Shown one piece after another: positions 35,738 to 47,601 of a stretch of DNA of 64,000 nt. The notes beneath the pieces are model-generated. The model was not told where the DNA came from. It searched no databases and saw only the letters and a list, made by a program, of their open reading frames with translations. Source of the stretch: Escherichia phage phiWec188. A program made the position numbers and the translations under genes. The stretch is from sequence record LC739537.1. One strand, given 5' to 3'. Within the stretch, counting starts at the first letter, position 1, and each line of letters begins with the position of its first letter.

Positions 35738-37796
35738 AAACTGTATCCTGTAGGTAAACGTTTAAAGGAACATTGCCCATATAGAAAACTTGCGAATGAG
35801 AGTTGACCACAGTAATAGAGTCTTGCATTATTTGTGGGTAAGCCCATATATATTGCTTAAGACCTTCGAACTTGCTATTGTTCAGGACTATGTTCCCGAT
35901 GATCATTTTCCACAAATATGTGCGATAATTTGAATCAGGATCAAAGCCGTACAACGGTGCTAATGTGGCATCTGGTACGAACCCAGCCAAGTAGTGAATA
36001 TCTTCGTAAGGGAATCCCAAAGTCTCGTGCGGTATTGTTACGGCATCGTAGGCTTTAATCATCTTACCTTGAAGCAACCAATCATAACATTCAGAACAAT
36101 AGAAATCGAAAGCTTCTGGAATGTAGTAATCTTTAGGAAAGTTTACTTTCTCCATTAACCCGTTGCCAATGATCGAAGGTAAGAACGGAAGTAATGTCAC
36201 TTGAGCGCCTGGGTATGCAGCGCGTGTATCCGTTGCAAACTTGGTAACTCTCAAACCCAATTTACGAGACAAGAACTCGTAATACTGATCGTATGGGCTT
36301 CCTGTTTTATAGTTATCAATCGTCCCAGCATCTTGTGCAAACAAACCTGTTTCTGTATTGAAAGCCAGTTTTGTCGTATAATCATAAATGCAAGGCAGGT
36401 TGGTAGCTGTATTGTACCACCACCACGGTTCCCCAATTTGAATAACAACCGGAATGTCGTTAGTTGTGGAAATGGAGGCGATCTTGTTAATTACATTCTG
36501 AAGATATTGCATACCCTCATCAATTGTAGGAGACAACACATAGCTCGGAGGCACATAACCTGTAGCAGCTAAAGCATCGTTCCAATCGTGCTGCACCCAC
36601 TCAACAGGGCAGACTGTGCTCATCAATTCGAAACTCAAAGAGTTCATAACTGTGTAGCCGGAGGCTTTGGCGATTGCATGGAAGCTGTTCAACCACGCTT
36701 CAGTCGCTGGGTTAAGAAACACGGAAGTGTTTAATTGCCAGCCATCATTGCCGTCCCATTCAAACTGGTAGTAGTGCGACATTCCGTTGTAATGGTTTAT
36801 CATACCACGATACCCTAAAGCATAAGTGTTGGAAATAACACGTTCAGGGGTAAGATTATACATGTCATCGTAAGATGTGCACATACGAATATCGTGTGCT
36901 GCTTGCACCAAATTGCTAACGTCCATCTGACTAAACCCAGTGTCAGGTTCAAGCAAAGTGAATTTCATTGACGACTGCATATTGTTCATCTGAACAATTT
37001 CTGTTATGTCTTGGTAGCGTGTCGTGATCAATGAGAAGAAGAAATTGTCCACCTGTGTGGTGTCCACTTCAATATCATTGTTCGGTCCAGACTTAATATT
37101 ACTAAAGTCTAAGCGGATATCTGCTGTTTTGCCATCTTCTGATACATTGAAAGCATAATAACTCAAATCAATGTAGTGAATCGTCTTATCAACCAATGTT
37201 AAAGTAATAGTTGGGATCAACGGAGCATCATTGAACCCTGGCATGTTTGCACTAAGTTCTAATTTAAACCAGAGCTTCTCTTCACTTAAATCTTGGTGAG
37301 GAAGAAAACCTACGCCCTTATGATCAAAGGTGTCTGTTGTGTGCCAAATAACACCTGCCAAACCTGCTGCTGTACGGTTAACAAAGTACGCCGTAAAGGA
37401 ATCCCCACTGGAAATTATGGAACAACTCTCTGTTGCTTGGGAGTCGATAGTCCAGAACTTAGGAGAGAACATTTTAGCTTTGGTTGAGGTCCATGTAATC
37501 GGAGTGGTGTTCTCTTGTCTCGTCGTAATGACACACTCGATCTTGGTTTCAACCATCGTGTTGTTTTCGCTGATACCAGAAACTTCTAAAAAGAAGTTAA
37601 TATCTATTGAGTTTTTTGGTCGTTCGTAAACATCAACCACAATTGTTGCAGAGTCGGCGTTAGCAGGGAACACTAAGGTTCCCGACTTCGCTACATAATC
37701 TCTACCGGAGACTGCCGTTCCATCGACAGTCTTGTAGTTGAACGAACTCACATTTACTCGTTTGTCTCTTGTGACAGTAAATGTTGCCTGTTTCAT
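35730..37796 (-). CDS. tail/baseplate structural protein
   Basis: 688 aa ORF in structural block. Confidence 0.4.
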   Translation of the reverse strand: MKQATFTVTRDKRVNVSSFNYKTVDGTAVSGRDYVAKSGTLVFPANADSATIVVDVYERPKNSIDINFFLEVSGISENNTMVETKIECVITTRQENTTPITWTSTKAKMFSPKFWTIDSQATESCSIISSGDSFTAYFVNRTAAGLAGVIWHTTDTFDHKGVGFLPHQDLSEEKLWFKLELSANMPGFNDAPLIPTITLTLVDKTIHYIDLSYYAFNVSEDGKTADIRLDFSNIKSGPNNDIEVDTTQVDNFFFSLITTRYQDITEIVQMNNMQSSMKFTLLEPDTGFSQMDVSNLVQAAHDIRMCTSYDDMYNLTPERVISNTYALGYRGMINHYNGMSHYYQFEWDGNDGWQLNTSVFLNPATEAWLNSFHAIAKASGYTVMNSLSFELMSTVCPVEWVQHDWNDALAATGYVPPSYVLSPTIDEGMQYLQNVINKIASISTTNDIPVVIQIGEPWWWYNTATNLPCIYDYTTKLAFNTETGLFAQDAGTIDNYKTGSPYDQYYEFLSRKLGLRVTKFATDTRAAYPGAQVTLLPFLPSIIGNGLMEKVNFPKDYYIPEAFDFYCSECYDWLLQGKMIKAYDAVTIPHETLGFPYEDIHYLAGFVPDATLAPLYGFDPDSNYRTYLWKMIIGNIVLNNSKFEGLKQYIWAYPQIMQDSITVVNSHSQVFYMGNVPLNVYLQDTVYA

Positions 37797-37804
37797 TTTG
37801 CTCC

Positions 37805-40680
37805 TTATTCAGTGGCATCCACGGTTACGTCTTTTATTGTCAAGACGGTAAGCGCCGGAATATTGCTTGAGGCTAAGAGTGGAAGGGCATTTTGCGGATT
37901 CAGTTTTTTGTATAAAGCATATAAACCAAAACCACGTAAAAGTTCCCCAGCGTGGAAGCCAAAGAATACCCCGTTATCTGTGCTTGCTCTTGGTGCAGAA
38001 CTCCAACATCCATTCATGATGTGGTTCGGACCTAAGACAATGTAGTTTTCCTGAATCAGTTCGAAGCAACGATCTGCTACGATTTTAAGATTAGGGATCT
38101 CTGTGTCATATCCTGCCATACCCATGATAGAACAACCCGCCATAAACAATGCAGACATGTGACTGGTAAAGTCGTCTATAGGAGCAGTTACCTCTCCAGT
38201 AGGGTAGAAGATTGTCGGTGTTCTTCCTTCGTTGTTATCTTGGAACCATTTCAGATAGTTGATCCAGTTCTTACAAACAGTCAAAAGCTTGGTTGGAATA
38301 TCTTCCCCACGCTGCTTCAGTTCGTAAACTGTATGACAAGCACAATAGAACGCACGAGCCTCGTATCCATCCCAAGCTTTATCATTCCAGTGATACATGG
38401 TGAACTCATTCTTAGTACCATACTTCAAAGCATCCCAACGATCCCAAACATAAGCTTGCGCCATAGGGCCAGGCATTACAGGAGAGAACTTATTGTAGAA
38501 CCACATTTGTGAATCGTACAAGAAGTCAATACTGTTGTTCAGTCTTGTCCAATCAATATCACGCCCTTGGAAACAATACAGAGACGGATACTGGTAGCCA
38601 GGATATGGAATCCCACGCCACCCATCATACAAGGATGTATTAGGGTCACTAATATTCGAGAACGGAATAATTCCTGGTGTGTAGTTCAGGCTATTTAGTT
38701 TGTAGTCAATGATCGTACAATCACCAAGTTTAGCAGTGTGCGGGTGTTCAGACTGAACTGTGATCCTGAAATACATCGTGTAATCTTCACCGGAAGCAGA
38801 AGAGTAACGAGAAGGTATATCGTTAACACAATAGAAGTCAATGCCGCCTGTCAAACCGTTTGCAGGATCTGTATCCAGAACCAAGTTAATCTGCTCTACA
38901 GCAGAAAGGTCTATAACCGTAGGCTTGGGATCTGTATCTGAATGATCTGGTTGCCAAGCTGATAACTGGAAACTTGCTGTGGTTAACGTTTTAGTTGACC
39001 AAAGTCCACCAGTTTTCTCCAGCATTGCCCACCATCTCCACCCATTCTCGTCCGTTATTGTGATATTGAAATCATCAGTATAGGAACGGTAAGTGATAGA
39101 TTTTAAGTTTGCTGTTTTAGTTGGTGTCAACCAGAAACCGATTGTTATCCCGCCATCAGCGTCCATGTTTGCAGAAACAATCTGATCGCTATTCGTTCCA
39201 GCTATATCTGTTGCATATTTGTATTGTACCACAGTATTGGCACCCCAGTCAATGATCATTCGTGGGTCTGCAATAATATATACACCACCATTAGCTGGTT
39301 CAGTACGCATGAAGCTGGACAGAGGAATATCCATTGTCGTCATGTTGGCTGCACCTAAAGGCAGTCCACAACGATATGTAACTGTGTCAGTCTCACTTTT
39401 CGTCTTGCTCAATTCCAACTCTGGACGGAAAACAATACCCTCCCCTGCATCATCAACACCTTGGAACTGAACACGCAGTTTAGAGCTATCCCCAACACGG
39501 AACCAGACAGCCTGTTGCTCCAGTGTAGTTTGTGCTGCCACGTTCTGACGAATAACCGTGTACCCTAACGAATCCCTGGAGTAAGTTGGGATTGCTGTAG
39601 ATGGGTAACTGTAATCATAAGAAATGCCATCTGTGAATGGGATGGTCGCAGTAGTTGACTTACGGAAAAACTTATCGAACATATCTATGTTGGAGTAGTC
39701 TTGACAAAGCAGCAGTGAAGACTGCCAACACAACCAATACTTCCTTTCGCCAGTGATCTGGTACATCAGATAGTTCGCATCACACCACCAAGTTTCAGCA
39801 TCGGAGGCGTTATCTTGGAAGCCCATCTCTACAGGTACGTTGACTGGGCGGTTATGCCACATCTCGTTACGTCCCATGAGATAGCCACCATGCTCTACAG
39901 GGTTACATGTTGCATAGTTGAATTTGTATGATCCGGTGACTGTGGTGTTCTTCAGTTGGACAGTACCGTATTCAGCGGGAGTGTGCCCTTGTGATAGAAT
40001 GTTTCCATCCCAGTCCACTTTACGTCCCAGCCGATCAATAATCCAATCAACATCCCATTGATCTCCGTACTCACGCCAGTTGGTAGAGCCGTCACTGTTG
40101 GTCGCGTAAACTGTGGCATTAACAGAGTTCCATCCTAAGTTACCGTTGAAAGCAAACCAAGCTTTATCCAAGTATTCTCCCCAGTGTGGAGCACCTTTAG
40201 GAATCACGGTACGCCCGTTTGTCCAAGTCATCAGACTTCCTTTGAAGCCCCCGTGAGTTGGATACCCATCATCCGTTAATGGGTAGTGGGCCAGACGTGG
40301 TTCCTTCCCGTTGATGATCCAATTAGGACGATACTTTTGCGGAGGATCGGGGATAGGTTGCCCCCCGAAGAATCCGTCAATGTAGGCTTGCCAATATTTC
40401 TTAGCGGAGTCCAGATATTTGCTATCTCCGGTGGCTAAGTATGCATAGGCAAAACCTGTGATAAGCACAGATTGACCTTCTGTTGTAGCATCGCCGTTTG
40501 GCTGACCTTCCTGTGCTGTCCAGTTGATAAAGTGACGGTTGTTAGCCAGAATGTTTTGTGGGTTGATCACGTAATGTTGAACCGTAGGATCAATTGTCAA
40601 CCCAGTATTTCTTTCTAAGAACTGTACCAATCCGTCGATTAGCTGGAAAGTGTTATCAATATTGTGCTTAATTTGAGACA
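37805..40680 (-). CDS. large tail/baseplate structural protein
   Basis: start set to ATG 40680 (GGGAG RBS, abuts upstream stop); ~958 aa. Confidence 0.45.
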
Positions 40681-41154
40681 TTAGATCACTCCCGCCATTA
40701 CCATACTTCCAATCCAAGAAGCACCGTTGTCTAAACTGATAAATTCAAAAGTATCGATCGCACCTTGACGATAACTTAAAACAGGTGTGCGCCCAAAACT
40801 CCATTTAACCGAGGCTGGCCATACCACTTTATTTGCCCCGCTACCTTGACGCAAAGCCAGACTAAAGTTTAAAACTGTTGCTGTGGTAACGGGAATGTTT
40901 GTAAAGCTGATCGTACAAGAAGCAGAAGAGAGGGTAGCATAAAAATACTCTGCTGATCCCAAGTCTAAAGCTAAGGTACTGGTGACGGTGCCACGGGTAC
41001 TTAAACGGTTACGAGTAACCCCAGCACCATTCAAAAGAACACGCAGGGACGTTTTCTTGGTTATCCCTGCCTGATCCGTTACAAAAAAATCTGCATCTGA
41101 AACAGACGTGGTTTGCACCAAGTCTGTAACTTTGATAGTTGTTAAATCTGCCAT
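40681..41154 (-). CDS. baseplate protein (putative)
   Basis: position. Confidence 0.35.
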   Translation of the reverse strand: MADLTTIKVTDLVQTTSVSDADFFVTDQAGITKKTSLRVLLNGAGVTRNRLSTRGTVTSTLALDLGSAEYFYATLSSASCTISFTNIPVTTATVLNFSLALRQGSGANKVVWPASVKWSFGRTPVLSYRQGAIDTFEFISLDNGASWIGSMVMAGVI

Positions 41155-41155
41155 C

Positions 41156-41776
41156 TTATACTCCTGTCATAGCCGTAAGGCCGAAGTTATTATTTGTTGA
41201 AAGAACTGAACCTGAATCGCTAACCATCATACGTTCGACAGCGGTTTCAGTCGCCCACTCATTCCACCAAGTAGAATAAGTATTTTCAGGCAGACCAACA
41301 AAGTTAATGAAGCGGTACAGACGGTTAGAAGATTCAACAATGGTGTATGCTTCACAAGTGATTGCCGCATTGTCATCGCCAGCTTCTGGGTAAATGAATT
41401 CTTCAGAAGGTTGGGTGTTGAAACTCGTTGTTACTGTGTCTGCGCCTACTGTGACAACAACATCCATATTATAATAGCGTTGGTCACGATCGTAATAAGA
41501 TTTGTAAGAGTTGATTGTGTCGATATAAATATTCTTGGCAATCTCTGCCAGGAAGATTCGGTCCACAATATCTTTCTTTCGTGCTACACCGATAATCTCT
41601 TGCAGGTAAGGAACACCGAACGTGGTGTTAAGGAACCATTCTCCACGATATGTTTTGAGGGTGATCCCTAATGTCTGCGCTGCAATCTCGGTACGAGTGG
41701 TTGTCAAAACAAGATCCCCATCATCCATGATGAGGTCGTTGTCTGATCCCAATTTTAAATCATATGGGATACCCAT
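41156..41776 (-). CDS. baseplate protein (gpW/gp25-like position)
   Basis: position next to spike gene. Confidence 0.35.
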   Translation of the reverse strand: MGIPYDLKLGSDNDLIMDDGDLVLTTTRTEIAAQTLGITLKTYRGEWFLNTTFGVPYLQEIIGVARKKDIVDRIFLAEIAKNIYIDTINSYKSYYDRDQRYYNMDVVVTVGADTVTTSFNTQPSEEFIYPEAGDDNAAITCEAYTIVESSNRLYRFINFVGLPENTYSTWWNEWATETAVERMMVSDSGSVLSTNNNFGLTAMTGV

Positions 41777-41778
41777 TA

Positions 41779-42513
41779 TTATGCTCCTGAAGGTTTCAAG
41801 GATTCCGCACTTGAGCTTCCGCTCTGAATGTTGCGAACCGTATGGGTGTGGGTATGGAAGCCAATACCATTACCGTCTGTCATCAATCCGTTCTGATCAA
41901 TCTGTAGTCCGTTAATGTTTGCAGACGTGCCTTTGAAAGTCATGACACCACCTGTCAAATCCAGGGTGCCGGAACCGTCTGTCATTGTTATTCCAGAAGG
42001 AGTAATATCAATCTTCATTCCTTGACTATTCCATATAGATATGGTGCCAGAAGGATCGAAAGATGCATATGTGTTTTTGTTATTTGAAATAACCACCTTC
42101 TCGGAATCTACTGCTTCTGTTGAATCGGTGCCTGTGGAAATCTTAGGAATAAAGCAAATCGGATATAAACCGCAAGGCTGCATTAATGTAGTCGTTGTGG
42201 CTGCTTCTCCAGAAGTTTGCATTGCATTCGAAGGATCTCGTTCAGAGAAAATAACAACACCAATATCGCCGGATTTAATAGGGAAGGAGATACGCCCTGT
42301 ACCTCCTCCGTTAACCATAAAAGGAACATCGTGGAAGGTTGGATAGTCGATAGAATCTTCTTCTGATCGCGTATTCTTCACAATGGATTCCAGTGTCAGT
42401 GTTTTTGCACCGTAGTTAACACCTGTAACTCGTACTGGTAATGAGGTGTGCACCTCTGCCAGTTGTTCTGTCATCATGCCACGCATTGCTGTGACAAAGT
42501 TCAAAGCATCCAT
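41779..42513 (-). CDS. baseplate central spike (gpV-like)
   Basis: Gly/Thr-rich beta-strand repeats and C-terminal HTHTHT His-x-His tip motif as in P2 gpV-type spikes. Confidence 0.5.
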   Translation of the reverse strand: MDALNFVTAMRGMMTEQLAEVHTSLPVRVTGVNYGAKTLTLESIVKNTRSEEDSIDYPTFHDVPFMVNGGGTGRISFPIKSGDIGVVIFSERDPSNAMQTSGEAATTTTLMQPCGLYPICFIPKISTGTDSTEAVDSEKVVISNNKNTYASFDPSGTISIWNSQGMKIDITPSGITMTDGSGTLDLTGGVMTFKGTSANINGLQIDQNGLMTDGNGIGFHTHTHTVRNIQSGSSSAESLKPSGA

Positions 42514-43526
42514 TATTTACCTTCCTTCGTCATGATCGCAGATACAGATACGCACTCAACTTCTGTCACCCACTCGCTACCTTCCTTGTCCCCATGATGC
42601 GATACAGATACCACTTTAAATGGACCATCATAATCACGGCTCTTGAGCCAAATGGTTTTTTCAGGTAAGATTGCACCATTCATCTGACATTTGAACTTCA
42701 CACCGTCTGTAGGTTTCTTGGCTTTCTTAGAAGCTTTAGTCACCTTCTTGGCAGGTTTGATATCGTTGTGGAATGGTTCTGGGCTTCCTATCAACCCTGT
42801 TTCAGGACTGATGTAGGCGCTTCTTGCGTTGGACATTTGAGAACGAGGTGTAACATAAACAGATCCATCTTGAATGGACACGTTATGATCAATACTCTTA
42901 CAAATATGTTCCAGGTAGTGTGAAGTATTTCCACACATCGCTGTCGCAGAAGAAAGGGTCTGATCGTTATCAATATGAATGTTACCTTCTGTTGTCCCAA
43001 GATCTTTAACAAGATCTGCAACAACACGTTTCACTTTCGTCCCTTTAGGGTAGCTACGACTGGTACGGGCTTCAGAGATGTTAATACCTCCGTCCAGACA
43101 ATGGAGAACAGTTTTACGATCGACGCTATCAAACGTATCACTTACCCACTGAATTGTACCCTTGAAAATCATAACCAATTCTTGTCCTTCGTAGCCCACT
43201 GCTAAGGCTACTGCCAGGTTGTTACGAATCCCTCGGTTGATGTAGTTTACTGTGTCATCTGACAGGTTGTAAATAGTAATCTCCGCTTGGTTAGGATCTT
43301 TGTTATTATCTTTCTTGATGTTGAAAGTAATTTGATGATGTTCAAGTAGATACAAATTAGAAGAAGATTTTGTAGTGCTTCCCAATTTAGTATCCAAATC
43401 TACTGTTGATTTAAAGGATGAGTTGCTTGTCCTTTTCTGCACGGTATTCGTTGCCGTGCCAATCAACAGTTTATATGCCCTGTTCAGATTGGGAACAGGG
43501 GCTTTTGTATATCCTCTTTCTGCCAT
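42513..43526 (-). CDS. baseplate hub/tail protein (putative)
   Basis: position. Confidence 0.35.
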   Translation of the reverse strand: MAERGYTKAPVPNLNRAYKLLIGTATNTVQKRTSNSSFKSTVDLDTKLGSTTKSSSNLYLLEHHQITFNIKKDNNKDPNQAEITIYNLSDDTVNYINRGIRNNLAVALAVGYEGQELVMIFKGTIQWVSDTFDSVDRKTVLHCLDGGINISEARTSRSYPKGTKVKRVVADLVKDLGTTEGNIHIDNDQTLSSATAMCGNTSHYLEHICKSIDHNVSIQDGSVYVTPRSQMSNARSAYISPETGLIGSPEPFHNDIKPAKKVTKASKKAKKPTDGVKFKCQMNGAILPEKTIWLKSRDYDGPFKVVSVSHHGDKEGSEWVTEVECVSVSAIMTKEGK

Positions 43527-43544
43527 ACAATCTCCCCTTAACTA

Positions 43545-43958
43545 TTAAGCTTGGTTCGATAGATTATCTATGTAAACCAAAACAAAACGTTTTTCAATTC
43601 CTGTTGTTGTGTAACCAGGACGACCATTAATCTTCACCGTGTCAATCATATAGAGCTGTCCGTCTGGAACGCCTTCAAGATATTTGTACGGCTTCAACAG
43701 ATCGAGTCCGTTGGTTATCTTAAACGTTACACTTGGTTCATCTCCTGATAAACCTATAAGGCACTGCCAGGCTTCATCACGAGTGTTCCAACGTAAACGT
43801 ATATCGTAATCCACACCATCCAATGTTACGGTGTAGGTTTGGTCTGGATACTCTTCAGTTTTTAAATACCAGGCGAAGTAGTCAGAACGGTCTTCCAAGA
43901 AGACAGCCTTGTATCCAGAGTTTGTTGTGCTTCGTGTTGCTTTAGAATAAGTTGCCAC
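43545..43958 (-). CDS. tail protein (putative)
   Basis: position. Confidence 0.35.
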   Translation of the reverse strand: MATYSKATRSTTNSGYKAVFLEDRSDYFAWYLKTEEYPDQTYTVTLDGVDYDIRLRWNTRDEAWQCLIGLSGDEPSVTFKITNGLDLLKPYKYLEGVPDGQLYMIDTVKINGRPGYTTTGIEKRFVLVYIDNLSNQA

Positions 43959-43960
43959 GA

Positions 43961-44668
43961 TTACCCTCCGTTATTCGACGGTGTATTAGTATCCCTTGCA
44001 GCATTTTGGTTAATTGGGTTAGTGATTTTAGCACCACCAGTTGGAGCCTTGCTCTTAACCTCACCACCAGTAGATTTGTTCGGGGCAGTCTTCACAGCTA
44101 TCGCGTTAGTTGTTGCAGTGCTGACCAAACGAATCTGTTCCAATTCCAGGTTAAACTGCATAGCAAATTCTGAACGATATTCGTAAGTGTAACCTTTCAG
44201 GATCACGTTCTCGAAAGTACGGTGTTCAGTTAATAAGACTATTGGCTGACGTGAATCGAAAATCTGATCCAAATACTCAATTGCTTGAGAGATACGTGTT
44301 CCATTAACACCTGCACTGTAAAGCTGATCACGCATCAGACGAACAGGTGTTTCTGTAATCACACCCGTCAGTTTAAAAGTGTTATTGTTTATCTTTACGT
44401 TATCACTAACTGTACTACCTGATTCAACAGGGAAGCTTGTGATATCGGCTGAACGAGTTACCCCAACTTCCGGTGCGGAGTCGAAAGTAATCGCCATAAA
44501 GTTTTGTATGTATTGATCACTTGAGCTATTGTAAACACTGGCTAAGATACAAAAACCGTTATCACCTTTCACCGTGGAGGCGGAGTTATTCGTATTTTGT
44601 GTTGAGTTCACCTCTTGCTCGGATTTGTAGACGGCTCTTACCGACTGTTGTGGAGTCATTGCTGCCAT
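43961..44668 (-). CDS. tail protein (putative)
   Basis: start set to ATG 44668 with upstream GAGG. Confidence 0.35.
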   Translation of the reverse strand: MAAMTPQQSVRAVYKSEQEVNSTQNTNNSASTVKGDNGFCILASVYNSSSDQYIQNFMAITFDSAPEVGVTRSADITSFPVESGSTVSDNVKINNNTFKLTGVITETPVRLMRDQLYSAGVNGTRISQAIEYLDQIFDSRQPIVLLTEHRTFENVILKGYTYEYRSEFAMQFNLELEQIRLVSTATTNAIAVKTAPNKSTGGEVKSKAPTGGAKITNPINQNAARDTNTPSNNGG

Positions 44669-44727
44669 GATAACCTCATAGTAATGGTAATGCAAAGAGG
44701 AAGATGCAAGATCTTCCCATATTGATT

Positions 44728-44757
44728 ATAATACCACAAATGTCGCCGTTATGTCAA
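44728..44757 (-). promoter_or_regulatory. sigma70-like promoter candidate on minus strand (TTGACA -35, 18-nt spacer, TATTAT -10)
   Basis: consensus -35; located between tape-measure terminator and next tail gene. Confidence 0.45.
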
Positions 44758-44799
44758 TGTAAAAATAAGAAGGGAGTATGCGAAGGGAGTATTATAGAA

Positions 44800-44822
44800 A
44801 TGAAAAAGGGGCCGAAGCCCCT
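44800..44822 (-). terminator. intrinsic terminator (GGGGC-UUCG-GCCCC + U-run)
   Basis: immediately after tape-measure stop. Confidence 0.55.
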
Positions 44823-44827
44823 TTCTT

Positions 44828-46783
44828 TTAGTTGCTGTTTGACTGTCCACTTAACGTCTGCAAAGTCAGGCTTTGCATGAACGATTCAGAAGAAGCTTTA
44901 GCATTGAAGTCAATGTAATCGGAAAGACGAGAAACATCGCTTTGTAATGTCAAGGCAACTTCCGGTGTCAACGTAATGTTGAAGGTCGGGTTTGTCTGGT
45001 ACTGCATAGCTTTAGACTGGAAATTCTGTGCGTCTTGACGAATAGATTCTCCGGTAAACGTATAATTGTTTGCCGCAGATCCTGATCCATCCTTCTCAAA
45101 ATATCCCACAACCTTATCCCAAATAGAAACACCCTCGTCATTCTTAGAAGTGAGTCCATCTGAAACCGCCGCAAAAGGGTTAAAGGTTCTGTTCGCCATA
45201 TCCCACACACTGGCATCCTTTCCTGTAGCTGCATAAATGAAACCGAAGTTCTCACGCATGAAGCTATCCAACCCTGTAAAGATGTTCAGGAACATGGTTG
45301 CAGTTTTGGCTGTGTTGACAGTTAACTTACCCATCTCTTCACCCAAATCTTTCGCTACCTTATCCAACATTTTTACGTTGTCCAACCAGGACTCGTCTTT
45401 AGGTATTGCGTTCATAAATCCTTCCAGGAAATAGTTCTGCATACCTTGCCCGACCAAGCCCACCGTGGCAGTCAAGCGTGTGTACTCTTTAGAAGCTTCC
45501 ATTTGCTCATTGGTCAATGCAGCGCCAGTACGTTGAAGCATACGGAGGGTTTCTTGGAAGCCTTCTCCGTTCTTACTAAACATACGTTGGTAATGCATGA
45601 GGTCGTCCCCAAGGTTCTCAAGAAGACGACCAATCTGTGCCGAGTTCATGCCACGACGCTCGCCTTCATTCACAGTTGCCTGGATGAAAGCTAATGGATC
45701 GTTCTGCATATGTTTAATTTGTGAAGGGTTCCAGCCGAACATGTTCATGATATCATTGATACCATTATCACCGCCACGCCAGCGACCTTTCTTTTCGTCC
45801 CATTCAGCAGCCATCATCGAGTTACCCAAACGTTCACGAACGTCTTTAAGGTTATCGATTGACTTAATAATGTTTGCCGAGTCAACACCGTTTTGTTCAC
45901 CCCAAGCAGTCATTGTCATAATGGCGTTGGCGTTTGCCTGAACGTTCTCTGCACCACGACCTATGAACTTGATACGATCGTTAGCAGTTTGTAACGTATT
46001 ACCTACAACAGAGCCACCTGCAAACAATCCTGCACCAATCATGGAGGAAACCATCATGCGAGGATTAAGGCCCAAAGCGCCATCTCTCATTTGCGAGTAT
46101 TGACGATCTTTATCTCGGCGTTGCTGTGCCAGTTCACGTTTATGGTTACGTTCAATATCACGTAGCTCTTTATCACGCATACGTTGACGTTGTTTGGCTT
46201 CTGCTTCCAGTTCACGACGAACTCGACGACGACCACGTACTTCATCTTCGATATCTTTTACTTTCTCTCGGTGAGATCGACGAAGATTATCAAGCTGGTG
46301 GGCCAGTGTCTGGTTCATACGTTGAAGAGTGATATCACCGCGTTTGTACGATTCTACAGACGCATCCATGATTTGTTTGGCTTGACGTTGCGCATCTATG
46401 GAAGCTTTGGTATACTGCATACCCCGCTTTTCAAAGTTCTCCATACGGAGATTGCCTAAATCATTACGACGAGCCTGTAGCTCGGCAGCGCGTTCTTCTG
46501 GAGTTTTCTTTCCTGGTTTAGCTGGACGACCAGGACCGGAGGTAGTTCCACCACCTTTTGGAGTAGGAGGGGGAGCAGGGCGAGCAGGGAAAGTCTGCGC
46601 TTTACGCATTTCTCTTTCGATCTCTTTCATCTGCTGCCTAAACTTACTCATGTTTAAGGTGGGCTGTATTCTTTCAGCGAACTTTTTAACACTCTCTACA
46701 GAATCTTTGGCTTCTTTGAGACTGTTCTTGTCCACCTTAAATGTGACTACGTTACTGATTTTAGCCGCGTTTATATCTAACAA
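44828..46783 (-). CDS. tail tape measure protein
   Basis: 651 aa, helical, Arg/Glu-rich coiled-coil centre; follows chaperone pair. Confidence 0.65.
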   Translation of the reverse strand: MLDINAAKISNVVTFKVDKNSLKEAKDSVESVKKFAERIQPTLNMSKFRQQMKEIEREMRKAQTFPARPAPPPTPKGGGTTSGPGRPAKPGKKTPEERAAELQARRNDLGNLRMENFEKRGMQYTKASIDAQRQAKQIMDASVESYKRGDITLQRMNQTLAHQLDNLRRSHREKVKDIEDEVRGRRRVRRELEAEAKQRQRMRDKELRDIERNHKRELAQQRRDKDRQYSQMRDGALGLNPRMMVSSMIGAGLFAGGSVVGNTLQTANDRIKFIGRGAENVQANANAIMTMTAWGEQNGVDSANIIKSIDNLKDVRERLGNSMMAAEWDEKKGRWRGGDNGINDIMNMFGWNPSQIKHMQNDPLAFIQATVNEGERRGMNSAQIGRLLENLGDDLMHYQRMFSKNGEGFQETLRMLQRTGAALTNEQMEASKEYTRLTATVGLVGQGMQNYFLEGFMNAIPKDESWLDNVKMLDKVAKDLGEEMGKLTVNTAKTATMFLNIFTGLDSFMRENFGFIYAATGKDASVWDMANRTFNPFAAVSDGLTSKNDEGVSIWDKVVGYFEKDGSGSAANNYTFTGESIRQDAQNFQSKAMQYQTNPTFNITLTPEVALTLQSDVSRLSDYIDFNAKASSESFMQSLTLQTLSGQSNSN

Positions 46784-46798
46784 AGTATTTTCCTCATG

Positions 46799-47047
46799 TT
46801 AGTGGATCATTTTCTTAAACATGTCTTGCATTTGAGTAGCGTTCTCTTGTTGCTTTCTCTTTATTGAAGTGTCTTTGGTGTACAGAGCTTCAATATATTC
46901 CTCATAAGTGAGGTACTCGTACATCCCCAATAGATAATCCACCCCGTATTGATCCAGGGTGGAGCGTGTTTCCGAGGTATTCTTCACGACCTTGCAGAGA
47001 ATGATCTCATACCACTTCAACGTAAGGGTCTTCTCTGCTGTTTCCAT
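46799..47047 (-). CDS. tail assembly chaperone, -1 frame extension (GT-like); probably expressed mainly as frameshift fusion
   Basis: open in -1 frame from slippery site 47131-47140 through 46799. Confidence 0.5.
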   Translation of the reverse strand: METAEKTLTLKWYEIILCKVVKNTSETRSTLDQYGVDYLLGMYEYLTYEEYIEALYTKDTSIKRKQQENATQMQDMFKKMIH

Positions 47048-47067
47048 CGCATGACGAATGGCTGGGC

Positions 47068-47550
47068 TTAGTTCGTTGCCAGATCCTGAACTGCTTGGAA
47101 CTGGGTCAACAGTTTTCCGAAACCTCGTTTGAAAAAAGGGCCGTAGTTCACCTCAAGAACTTTTGCTGTCAAGTCGAGGACAAGTTCTGGGTGAGCAAAG
47201 AAGAGTTCGTCGAAGTTATCAGATACGTTGTGACCTGCTTCGGTATATACTTCATCTAAGATCTTACGGAGGAACACAGTAAGGTTCTTCTCTTCAAGAC
47301 CAGAGAACAATTGAATAAGTGCCATTGCAATACGAGATTCCAGATCTTCTTCAGCCGACATAAGGGCAGTATTGTACATGGTCATAGGTACAGCTAAAAC
47401 GCTACCGAGTTCTGGGATACGCTCGAAGACCTTTGAAGGACTCCATTTCAGAATACGGAAGGTTACAAAACGGGTTTCATCCAAATAGATTTTTACAATT
47501 TCTTCTGGACGTGCATATTGTTTGATAGTATCATCTTGTTGTTCGGACAT
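47068..47550 (-). CDS. tail assembly chaperone (G-like)
   Basis: between tube and tape measure genes; acidic. Confidence 0.55.
   Translation of the reverse strand: MSEQQDDTIKQYARPEEIVKIYLDETRFVTFRILKWSPSKVFERIPELGSVLAVPMTMYNTALMSAEEDLESRIAMALIQLFSGLEEKNLTVFLRKILDEVYTEAGHNVSDNFDELFFAHPELVLDLTAKVLEVNYGPFFKRGFGKLLTQFQAVQDLATN
47131..47140 (-). other. slippery sequence CCCUUUUUUC for programmed -1 frameshift
   Basis: in-frame C.CCU.UUU / U.UUU.UUC heptamers; -1 frame stays open into the downstream ORF. Confidence 0.5.
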
Positions 47551-47569
47551 AGTTTCCTCTCTTTTTAGT

Positions 47570-47595
47570 TAAATAAAAAGGGCATTTCTGCCCTT
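47570..47595 (-). terminator. intrinsic terminator (AGGGCA-GAAA-UGCCCU + U-run)
   Basis: after tail tube stop. Confidence 0.5.
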
Positions 47596-47601
47596 TCGTT
47601 A

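Noticed and set aside
37805-40717. Long 970-aa form overlapping the upstream baseplate gene
   Set aside because: Internal ATG 40680 abuts the upstream stop and has a GGGAG RBS; the 12-codon extension is probably not translated.
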